From IMG/VR virus record IMGVR_UViG_3300011361_000001, positions 186,001 to 222,670 of that record: DNA of 36,670 nt. One strand, 5' to 3'. The notes under the pieces are model-generated. The model did not search any database and had not been told where the DNA came from. It was given only the letters and a program-made list of their open reading frames with translations. The translations under genes and the position numbers were made by a program. Numbering within the stretch: position 1 is the first letter of the stretch; the number at the start of each line of letters is the position of its first letter. Of the stretch, positions 9,691 through 17,457 are shown one piece after another. Origin of the DNA: an uncultured virus (IMG/VR IMGVR_UViG_3300011361_000001) (lineage: Duplodnaviria > Heunggongvirae > Uroviricota > Caudoviricetes).

Positions 9691-9718
9691 TTTTCAAATA
9701 CATATTACTCAAGGGAAT
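9691..9718 (+). promoter_or_regulatory. phiKZ-type early promoter
   Basis: TTTTCAAATA-CATATTAC-TCAAGG-GAAT; resembles the phiKZ early consensus TATATTAC and recurs five times in the window. Confidence 0.7.
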
Positions 9719-9765
9719 AGGCTACGAAGTCTTATTCACCATTGATCCCTAAGGAGGGTTAACCT

Positions 9766-10005
9766 GTGTTAGAACAATTAGAAGCATTGTACAAGATCGA
9801 GTTGGCCCTGTCTTACATGTGGTTTGATTTGTTTCGCAGATTCCCCATGACTGAGGATTCAGGCTTTTACTACATGGAAGCGTTGTTCTACGCCCAAGGT
9901 GCGAGTTCGACCTTCCGTGAATTGGGTGAGCTTGCTGACCTGCTCGTCTCGTTCGAGAAAGAGTACGGTAAAGAAGCCCTAGACCAAATCAACAAACTGG
10001 CCTAA
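9766..10005 (+). CDS. Hypothetical early protein
   Basis: AAGGAGG RBS; GTG start; downstream of an early promoter. Confidence 0.75.
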   Translation: MLEQLEALYKIELALSYMWFDLFRRFPMTEDSGFYYMEALFYAQGASSTFRELGELADLLVSFEKEYGKEALDQINKLA

Positions 10006-10043
10006 TCGCAAGACCCTTAAACTTAAACTTGTAGGATGACACC

Positions 10044-10613
10044 ATGAACAACCTGAATAAGACTGAAGTGCTCGACCCCACCATCGAAGAGCACCTGGAT
10101 CGTCTGCTTGAGAACTTCACCTTTGAAGATGAGACCTTACCTGTTTCTGGCTTCATGGTACCCCAAACCCTCGAACGTCAACCTAGCGCTAAGGAGCGCC
10201 TTGAAATGAACCACACCCCGCAGACCCGTGACTTCGGTGACAATGAAGTAGCTAGCCGCCCACTGGAGCACTACATGCTAGTAGATGCTATCCGCCCAAC
10301 CTTCAAGACCGATGACGTGGGTCGTTTGATCCTGCGTTTCGATGTCCTGAAAGCTGCTCTACTGAACAATGACACCCGTGAGGCCCGTCGGGAGTTCTCA
10401 ACACACATCCAAGCCATGCTAACCACGGCCCGTGCGCTCCTGGTAAGCGATACAGGCTTGATTCGCAAGAACCTGGTACGTCTTGAGGCTGCAGGCATCC
10501 ACGTCGCACTGTGCCCCTCTGAGGACGGTGATGGACATCTGTTGGTTCTGCATGCTTGTGGGGTGGGCTTCAGTCGTCGGGTGTACTTGAGAAAATTCAT
10601 CACCACCGTATAA
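10044..10613 (+). CDS. Hypothetical protein
   Basis: AGGA RBS; biased codons. Confidence 0.75.
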   Translation: MNNLNKTEVLDPTIEEHLDRLLENFTFEDETLPVSGFMVPQTLERQPSAKERLEMNHTPQTRDFGDNEVASRPLEHYMLVDAIRPTFKTDDVGRLILRFDVLKAALLNNDTREARREFSTHIQAMLTTARALLVSDTGLIRKNLVRLEAAGIHVALCPSEDGDGHLLVLHACGVGFSRRVYLRKFITTV

Positions 10614-10627
10614 CCTAATAAGTATGA

Positions 10628-10671
10628 AGTCGAGTGCACCTACGCGGTGTGCTCGGCTCTACTTTTTTTTT
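10628..10671 (+). terminator. Intrinsic terminator
   Basis: AGTCGAGTGCACC-TACGC-GGTGTGCTCGGCT plus T-tract. Confidence 0.75.
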
Positions 10672-10708
10672 ATCCACCCAATAAGCAGACAACGCTGGAG
10701 TACCAACA

Positions 10709-11197
10709 ATGGGCATCCGTGAACTCTTCCAAGTAAGTCAGGAAAATCACGAAGTGGGCATGGTAGACGACGACAGCGTCCAGCATCCCCTCTTTGAAGG
10801 CTTTGAACCTTCGCGCAATGTGATCCTCCATGGAAATATCCAGGGTGGTGAATGGGAGGCGATCCTACAGGAGTCCTACAAGGAGTTTCGTGTATGGAAT
10901 CTGCCGGGTCGTGGAGTTGAGATTCCGTCCTTGGAGACGATCCAACTGCAAGAGCACGCCGCTGAGTTAACCCAAGACCTGCTGCGTGAGGCAACCCAGA
11001 TCTACGTCCTTCCTGAGGAAGACCTAGGTCAGTCCGTTCAGAAGCACTTCTTGGAAGCTGCGATGAACAACCCGGAGAACTCGGTGGTGGTTACCAAGCG
11101 GCCTGAAGAGCTGGTGGTCACTGAGTTGCGTAATAAAGGCATTGCAGTGGTTACGTCCCTTGAAGACGCAGCCCTGTACGTAGCCACAGCGTGCTAA
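10709..11197 (+). CDS. Hypothetical protein, possibly Rossmann-like (nucleoside deoxyribosyltransferase-like) and head-packaged
   Basis: GGAG RBS; N-terminal VSQE motif; C-terminal GIAVVTSLEDAALYV. Confidence 0.6.
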   Translation: MGIRELFQVSQENHEVGMVDDDSVQHPLFEGFEPSRNVILHGNIQGGEWEAILQESYKEFRVWNLPGRGVEIPSLETIQLQEHAAELTQDLLREATQIYVLPEEDLGQSVQKHFLEAAMNNPENSVVVTKRPEELVVTELRNKGIAVVTSLEDAALYVATAC

Positions 11198-11625
11198 ACG
11201 AACTGGGCGGGCGGCTGCGGCCGTTGCGCCCGGTTATGCCGGCGGCGGGCCGGGCCGGCGGGGCATAGATAAATGTTTGCTTTTAAGATCCCCTCTGGGG
11301 TATCTCTTAGGTTTAAGGACTCTGTTTTCCTATGTCAGTATTATTTTACAGAACTCAGGTATGGGTTTGTAGATACAAGCGGAAGGAAGAAAGGAGTAGT
11401 TACTACGCACAAAGCGGAGAAACTAGGACTGGATGACTGACAGCTGAACCAATCCCACCTCGTTACCACGAGTGGTCTTGGAGCGTAGCGGAAAGAACAT
11501 TCGTGGGGGAGGGGGGGTAACCAACAGCAGGAATCGAAGATTCCTATCCTTATTGCTTTTGGTGTTAACCGATTTACAAACATATACAACCTCTAAGCGC
11601 AAGACTTAGAGGGGAGTTACCTTTT

Positions 11626-12396
11626 ATGACGTCAATTAGACAAATACCAGGATATCCGGATTACAGAGCAAGTGAAGACGGACTGATCATCAAGATCAGG
11701 AAGGACGGTACACCACTAACGTTGTCTCAGCGTAAAGACTCAGATGGATATCTTCGGGTTAATCTATACGTCGAAGGTAACGTCTACACACGGTTTGTTC
11801 ACCAACTGATTGCCCTAGCCTTCCTACCAGGAGAACCTACGAAGGAAGTTAACCACCTAGACGGGGATAAGGCTAACAACCATTACACCAACCTTGAATG
11901 GTCTACTCCTGCAGGTAACCGTCAACATGCCGTTCAGACGGGTCTATTAAGCAACGTACTCCGTGTTAGAGCTTACAGTACTAAGACGGGGGAGGTTATC
12001 GTCTACCCTTCCATTAAGAGCGCTGCAGCGGCTCTGGGGATTGATCGCTACAAAGCTGTCCGTTACCTTACCGGGTACCCACATGCTAAGATCGATGGAG
12101 ATATAACCTTAGAAGCCATTATCGAAGACTACGTTCCTAACACTCGAGAAGGTCGACGTGTGTTATTGGCTTACGACTATGTCTCTAAGCGAACCATAGT
12201 GGCGGACACTACGCTGATGATGGCGTTGTTAACCGCTATCCAGAACACTACGATCAAATACACCCTTAAAGCTAAGAATATCAACCTGATTGGAGGCTAT
12301 GCCTTTAAGACTAAAGACAACACCGAACCCTTCCCGACGTTTAGTCAGGAAGAGGCACGTGCTTCACGTGAGCGATATATGCTCCAATACCAATAA
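11626..12396 (+). CDS. HNH homing endonuclease (NUMOD4-like + HNH + NUMOD1-like)
   Basis: IPGYPDYRASEDG.I, GYLRVNL, VHQLIALAF, EVNHLDGDKANNHYTNLEW.T..N..H, YPSIKSAA. Confidence 0.9.
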   Translation: MTSIRQIPGYPDYRASEDGLIIKIRKDGTPLTLSQRKDSDGYLRVNLYVEGNVYTRFVHQLIALAFLPGEPTKEVNHLDGDKANNHYTNLEWSTPAGNRQHAVQTGLLSNVLRVRAYSTKTGEVIVYPSIKSAAAALGIDRYKAVRYLTGYPHAKIDGDITLEAIIEDYVPNTREGRRVLLAYDYVSKRTIVADTTLMMALLTAIQNTTIKYTLKAKNINLIGGYAFKTKDNTEPFPTFSQEEARASRERYMLQYQ

Positions 12397-12438
12397 CTAT
12401 GTACTCGCTAACACACTAATCCCGAGCTAACACTTAAC

Positions 12439-12768
12439 ATGAACAACACCATCTGGAAAAACAACCACGCTGTCTGTGCACAATACGCGCAAGCCTTACG
12501 AGCCGTCCGTGAAGAGGTTGGGGAGAACCCTGCACGTGATCTGGAACGTACGATCCGTATTGACCCAAAGACCTTGGGTAACTTGATTGCGGTGGTACAG
12601 CGTCATCACGAAGTACTGGTACAGCTTGATGACCCGGTCTTCTTTACCCGGAGTCATAACCCTAAGCCGACAGCTCACCGCTACCAAGCGTCTACGCCAG
12701 TGGGGACTTTTCTGTTTGACATGGACTACTCCCAAGCTGAAGTCGCTGCACGCAATATCTGTTACTGA
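12439..12768 (+). CDS. Hypothetical protein
   Basis: 109-aa ORF followed by a terminator. Confidence 0.65.
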   Translation: MNNTIWKNNHAVCAQYAQALRAVREEVGENPARDLERTIRIDPKTLGNLIAVVQRHHEVLVQLDDPVFFTRSHNPKPTAHRYQASTPVGTFLFDMDYSQAEVAARNICY

Positions 12769-12773
12769 GTAGA

Positions 12774-12810
12774 GTCCTGTCTCCCTTCGGGGAGGCAGGG
12801 CTTTATGCTC
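12774..12810 (+). terminator. Terminator hairpin with TTTATGC tail
   Basis: GTCCTGTCTCCC-TTCG-GGGAGGCAGGGC-TTTATGC. Confidence 0.75.
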
Positions 12811-12861
12811 GGGTATCCTATGAAAGCAGGCTGGGCTTTTTTTTTTTTCTTGGGGTGGAGC

Positions 12862-13416
12862 ATGAAACAACGTATCTTGGGTTTGTGGCGACAAATCCTA
12901 CCCAAAGTGAAAGTAGGTGGGGTTTGGAAGGATGTAGACGTTGGATGGATTAAACAGAACGGAGTGTTCCGTAAGTTCAAATACCCTTTTGTAACGGCTG
13001 GGGAAACCCTTAGCTTGTATCGTGGGATCAACACTCGTCCTGACGGTAGTCAGTTTGAACGACGTTCGTTTATACGAGGCGGTAACGGGCCTGCAGTGGG
13101 TGGAGTACCTGGCGCTGCTATCCAAGGTAGCCTGACTACGTTTAAGTACAACGTTGATGGCCTTGTGTGGGACATCCGTGGTATTGAGACCGGTTCTGAT
13201 GTGGTAGGGGGCGTTGCAGCTTGGAAGTGGGTGTCACTACAATGGTTCGGGTCATTAGACTCCAATAAGCTGGCTCGGGTCATTTATTTGAATGGTCACA
13301 CTGCCATCTTTAAGACCGGTGGGTACAATCCAGACTTTGACATGACTTTCTTAACGTACGAGTTGATTGAGGCGCATCAGTTCCCGTTTAATACCAACTT
13401 GTCTATTCGGTTCTAA
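12862..13416 (+). CDS. Putative tail-fibre tip/adhesin protein
   Basis: Start at ATG 12862 (GGAG RBS); W-K-G module; paralog of 13442..13942 (RKFKYPFV, RGIETGSDVVGG, W.WVS.Q.FG). Confidence 0.6.
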   Translation: MKQRILGLWRQILPKVKVGGVWKDVDVGWIKQNGVFRKFKYPFVTAGETLSLYRGINTRPDGSQFERRSFIRGGNGPAVGGVPGAAIQGSLTTFKYNVDGLVWDIRGIETGSDVVGGVAAWKWVSLQWFGSLDSNKLARVIYLNGHTAIFKTGGYNPDFDMTFLTYELIEAHQFPFNTNLSIRF

Positions 13417-13960
13417 GACAGCATACGGCGAGGGATTTGTTATGCTATCGCGTATAGCGGGACTTTGGAGACACACCTTACCTAAAGTTCGGGTACAGGG
13501 GATCTGGAAGAATGTAGACACTGCTTGGATTAAAGAGAACGGTGTGTACCGAAAGTTCAAGTACCCTTTTGTGGGTAAGAACGTATTGGTGAATTTGTTT
13601 CAGTTCACTATGTCTAACGGACACATCCGTAGGAGTTACACCAACTACGTAGGTAGTGTAAGTCAATTAGATTACGATATCGACGGTGTGACGTATCGGT
13701 TACGAGGCATTGAGACAGGCAGCGACGTAGTCGGAGGACAGTCTGGTTGGGAATGGGTGTCTGTACAGTTCTTTGGTCAGGTAGATACACGAAAGATGGC
13801 TAAGGTCATTAACTTCAACGGTTACTCGGCCACCTATGTGACAGAGGGTTATAGTCCAGAGGAGAATATCCTTTACATCATCTATCGCTTGGAAACTCCC
13901 TACATGCCTCCAACAGGTGTCAACTTACCCATTACCTTTTAAGACAGCATACGGCGAGGG
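13414..13960 (+). repeat. 21-bp direct repeat TAAGACAGCATACGGCGAGGG marking a tandem gene duplication
   Basis: Identical copies at 13414-13434 and 13940-13960, each starting at the stop codon of one paralog. Confidence 0.9.
13442..13942 (+). CDS. Putative tail-fibre tip/adhesin protein, tandem paralog
   Basis: Start at ATG 13442 aligns with the paralog N-terminus; GAGGG RBS. Confidence 0.6.
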   Translation: MLSRIAGLWRHTLPKVRVQGIWKNVDTAWIKENGVYRKFKYPFVGKNVLVNLFQFTMSNGHIRRSYTNYVGSVSQLDYDIDGVTYRLRGIETGSDVVGGQSGWEWVSVQFFGQVDTRKMAKVINFNGYSATYVTEGYSPEENILYIIYRLETPYMPPTGVNLPITF

Positions 13961-13982
13961 TTACCCCTCGCCTGTTATGCCG
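13945..13982. terminator. Bidirectional terminator between convergent genes
   Basis: CAGCATA-C-GGCGAGGG-TTAC-CCCTCGCC-TGTTATGCCG. Confidence 0.75.
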
Positions 13983-14726
13983 TTACTGAATGGATAGGAA
14001 CTGTGAGGCGCTGTGGTACTTGCGATACAGGTTAAACTTCACCAAGGGCTCGGTTAACCGGTAACCTGCATGTTTGAGCAGACCGTTTAAGGTTTCATCC
14101 TCCACACGGGCTAACACTTGACCGACCCGTACTGAGTTGAGCAACACACTCCCTACTGTGAAATAGTCGACCTCAGGATTAGTAGAGAGTCCTACGAAGT
14201 CATTGTGTAACGTGGTGGTGATCAGAATCCCAACCGGTTGTTCGTTCTGGTACGCAAAGGTGTACTGGTGGGGGACATCACTGTAGTTAATCGCTCCCAT
14301 AGCCGGTAAGCTGTAGGAGATCCCTAGAGCCGCCAGGAAGCTCTGTGCTTGATCTAAGGTAGCTCGGCCTACCGTTACAGGTGAATCGCTCTCCAGAGAC
14401 ACCCTGTAGCGTTTGAGCCACTCTCGAGGAATGATCCGAACCGAACAGGTGGTGCGCTTTTGTTCGATCAGTTTACAGAAGCGGTGAAAGCCGTCTAGGA
14501 TCACCCAACCGAATCGAGGTTCTTCAGTGATGATGATCGGGTAACGCGTATCGGCGTTCTTTAACCGAATGGGGTCAGGTTCACCGTAGCGTAAGTTCCA
14601 TTCCAGTTTATTGGTGTGGACCTGCTTGACGGGGAGCTTTGCCGCATCAGCCAACAGGGGATCGAGTTGGTAGTCCCGGTCCATGTGTCGGAACGTACTG
14701 TCTGGGCCTTCTTGATAAGGGGTCAT
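13983..14726 (-). CDS. ParB/Srx-like N-terminal domain fused to a GNAT-like domain
   Basis: YPIII...VILDGFHR (ParB-like); AYQNEQPVGIL, LSTNPE, VGSVLL and GLLKHAGY (degenerate GNAT). Confidence 0.6.
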   Translation of the reverse strand: MTPYQEGPDSTFRHMDRDYQLDPLLADAAKLPVKQVHTNKLEWNLRYGEPDPIRLKNADTRYPIIITEEPRFGWVILDGFHRFCKLIEQKRTTCSVRIIPREWLKRYRVSLESDSPVTVGRATLDQAQSFLAALGISYSLPAMGAINYSDVPHQYTFAYQNEQPVGILITTTLHNDFVGLSTNPEVDYFTVGSVLLNSVRVGQVLARVEDETLNGLLKHAGYRLTEPLVKFNLYRKYHSASQFLSIQ

Positions 14727-14772
14727 AAAAGAATCCTTGGAGGAGGGGTGGGAGCCCCTCCTGTTAATAGGT

Positions 14773-15588
14773 TTACCACAAACCGCCTGTGATCATCTTC
14801 AGGTGACGTTTGTGTTGTTCAGGGTCTGCCATCAACGCAATCTTACGCCAACGTTCATCGAACATGGTTTCGTATTGCTCTTGAGCATCGCTGTAGCCGT
14901 CAACGACTTCACGGAAACGGCCTAGGGCCATACCGCCTGAGAGTTGCGCTTGGTCGATACTGATGTTGATGTTGTTGTAGATATAGCTCTTGCAAGCCAG
15001 TACGCACAACTTACCAAACACCAAGATTGCAGCGGGGAGAAAGCCTGAGAGTTCGGCGTCGTTCTCCACCACACAACGTAGGTACGGGTTACCCGGCATG
15101 GTGATGTTGTCACGAACCAGGACCGTGTTCTCACCAATCAACTCAATGTTAGCAGTTGAGACCACAGGAATACTGGAACGACTGTTGAGCACCCCTTGGG
15201 CTTTACTCAAGAGCTCAGAGCGCCCTTGAAGCCCCATGTTCATCGACCCAGCAACGCCACCGTCCCCGAAGGTGATGTGCAGAACCCGGACGATACTACG
15301 TTGTTGCGTGAGGTGTTTGGGCACCCGATAAACCAAGTTATACGAGTTAACGTACTCGGGGCGTACTGATGCAAGTGGGACAGTAACTTCAGTGCCACCC
15401 ACAAGATGACAATCCGGCAAAACAGTTCCATCGATTACGGCCTCGCGTATGCGCTGATCCAGCGACAAGGGTTGAAAGTTATGGCGTCCACCGAAGGCGG
15501 ACATGTTCTGAGTCAAGAATGTCCGTTCCAGGATCTCTTTGGGGATATTGGAACGAATGTCCTTGAGGGCTTTTTGAATGGCGTTCAT
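14773..15588 (-). CDS. Conserved phiKZ-like hypothetical protein, possibly structural
   Basis: 271-aa ORF; MNAIQKAL.DI...IP.EIL, LIGENTVLV and LACKSYIYN style recalled from phiKZ-like core genes. Confidence 0.6.
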   Translation of the reverse strand: MNAIQKALKDIRSNIPKEILERTFLTQNMSAFGGRHNFQPLSLDQRIREAVIDGTVLPDCHLVGGTEVTVPLASVRPEYVNSYNLVYRVPKHLTQQRSIVRVLHITFGDGGVAGSMNMGLQGRSELLSKAQGVLNSRSSIPVVSTANIELIGENTVLVRDNITMPGNPYLRCVVENDAELSGFLPAAILVFGKLCVLACKSYIYNNINISIDQAQLSGGMALGRFREVVDGYSDAQEQYETMFDERWRKIALMADPEQHKRHLKMITGGLW

Positions 15589-15654
15589 AAATAAGGTCCT
15601 ACGTTAATTTCCCCTTCTATAAAATTACGTAACTCTGATAGGGCAATGTAAAAA

Positions 15655-15683
15655 ATTTCAGGTGTATACTATCTAATGGCAAT
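15655..15683 (+). promoter_or_regulatory. phiKZ-type early promoter (variant)
   Basis: ATTTCAGGTG-TATACTAT-CTAATG-GCAAT. Confidence 0.55.
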
Positions 15684-15714
15684 ACAACACAGTAACCCTT
15701 AATGGAGTGGAGTC

Positions 15715-15933
15715 ATGTTAAAATGGATAAACCCCCTATACTGGGGTTACAGCTTAGCTATGCTGATTCGCGAGTGGGAAGATCGGCAAAAGGCTGAGCA
15801 GTTGTTGTATCAAGCAGAGTTAATGTTTGAAGAAGCCTTGCACATGCAAGAGGGGCGTCTTAAGGATGCCACGAACAAAGTTGCAAACGAACTGGTTGAG
15901 CAGGCCGATCGCCTAACCGACCGCTACCTGTAA
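15715..15933 (+). CDS. Hypothetical small protein
   Basis: GGAG RBS; downstream of the promoter motif. Confidence 0.7.
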   Translation: MLKWINPLYWGYSLAMLIREWEDRQKAEQLLYQAELMFEEALHMQEGRLKDATNKVANELVEQADRLTDRYL

Positions 15934-15949
15934 TTCTAAGGAGAATACC

Positions 15950-16555
15950 ATGAAGCTACGCCCAAACCCTGAAGTGGATGCTTTACGTGAACAGATCATC
16001 GGCGACTTCTCGCATGCGTGGGAGTTGAACGACGGTGCGCATCGGGTCAGTCACTTCAACGACGTCGAGTCGTGTGGTAACTACATCAACGAGACCTTGC
16101 GTCTAGGCTTTGATCCTAAGCTGATCATGTTGGTGGCCTACTTCCATGACATGTTCTCGTGGTCACGCGATAACCATCACTGGATGTCTGGTGAGTGGGT
16201 GGCGACGACGAACTACCCGATCATTCAGGCCTTGACCCCTGAAGAACGTGCGTTGGTTGTTTCAGGTTGTCGTGAACACCGGGCCTCTAACAAGCAACCC
16301 TTCACCAATGCCTTTGCACAACTGATGTCGTCAGCGGATCGGGGTTTTCCTAACCCGTCACTTAAGCACATGATCCAACGTGCTATTGAGTACCGCTTAC
16401 ACAAAGGCATCGACCCTTCCGAAGCCCGTAAAGGCGCGATCACGCACATCAAAGAGAAGTTTGGATCGAATGGATACGCCGTGTATCCCTCGTTCTATGA
16501 AGCGGTGTTTAAAGCCGAGTTAAAGCAACAGCGAGACTTGGTTGATTTGTTGTAA
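15950..16555 (+). CDS. HD-domain phosphohydrolase
   Basis: AH..SH, YFHD, HH, EHRAS and ADRG motifs. Confidence 0.85.
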   Translation: MKLRPNPEVDALREQIIGDFSHAWELNDGAHRVSHFNDVESCGNYINETLRLGFDPKLIMLVAYFHDMFSWSRDNHHWMSGEWVATTNYPIIQALTPEERALVVSGCREHRASNKQPFTNAFAQLMSSADRGFPNPSLKHMIQRAIEYRLHKGIDPSEARKGAITHIKEKFGSNGYAVYPSFYEAVFKAELKQQRDLVDLL

Positions 16556-16681
16556 GTAAAAAAAGACACGTGCTCGGTATTTCTTTGAAGAGATTGCCGG
16601 CACACCCTATGTAGGACTAACCACACCAATCCTCGGTTAGTCTTATGTGCTAAACTTAACCTGAACAAATAGGTGAATTCA

Positions 16682-16756
16682 ATGGAAGTTGGAAAAGTAC
16701 GTCTTTACGGCTGCGGTGGAGATTTCAAATGTCCGAGTCCTTCACGACCTCGTTAA
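16682..16756 (+). pseudogene. Stranded original 5' end of phuZ (MEVGKVRLYGCGG, then 11 out-of-family codons and TAA)
   Basis: AGGTG RBS; the 13 codons at 16682-16720 match the PhuZ N-terminus VGTVRIFGCGG at 17475-17507. Confidence 0.85.
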
Positions 16757-17457
16757 AGACTGTTCTACCAAGCCAACCCGCTAGCATTTCTCGCAAAGAA
16801 CATTCCCATCCCGCAACATACGCGCTGCTACATCCCAGTAGCGACTCTGCTTATGTTGGCAGCACTTCGGATCTGTACAAAAGGCTTGCTCACCATAACA
16901 GTGACTTAAAGTGCGGCGTTCACAAGAACTCCAATCTTCAAAAGGCCTATGACCAGAATCCCTATTTTGATTTGGTCTTTGCTAAGGCCGAGTCTAAGGA
17001 AGAAGCGTTGTGTTTGGAACAGGAACTCCTCATTAATCACTTTGATAGTGGGAAGTTGTTTAACCTGGCCCGAGATGCAGTCAAAGCTGCGTTGGGATTG
17101 GTCTTTACTGATGAAGTGCGTGAGCGTTTGAGTCAAGCGGCTAAAGAACAGTTTGCAGATCCTGAGGCTCGTCTAGCCCAGAGTGTGCGAGGAAAAGCTT
17201 TATGGCAAGATCCTGAGTATCGTCAAAAACACGAAGGCGTGCCTAAAGCTGAACCTACCAAAAGAAAGATCAGAGACACCGTTAGAGAACTTTGGCAAGA
17301 TCCTGAGTATAGAGCCAGAGTAGCTGCATCAAGATCCGCCAACATCAAACCAGTCGTTATCGACGGGGTTACTTATCCAAACATTGGTGTTGCTTCAAGA
17401 GCAACAGGTATCCCCAGAGGTACATTACAATCTCGTAGAGCAAGGAATAAACTATGA
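16729..17457 (+). mobile_element. GIY-YIG homing endonuclease inserted in phuZ
   Basis: ATYALL...YVGST.DLYKRL.HH..DL..G.H.N..LQ; EQELL; LFN; two LWQDPEYR repeats; C-terminal VVIDGVTYPNIGVASRATGI; ATGA overlap with phuZ. Confidence 0.88.

Noticed and set aside
17203..17310. 18-bp direct repeat TGGCAAGATCCTGAGTAT
   Set aside because: It is a coding repeat (WQDPEY) in the endonuclease DNA-binding region, not a separate DNA element.
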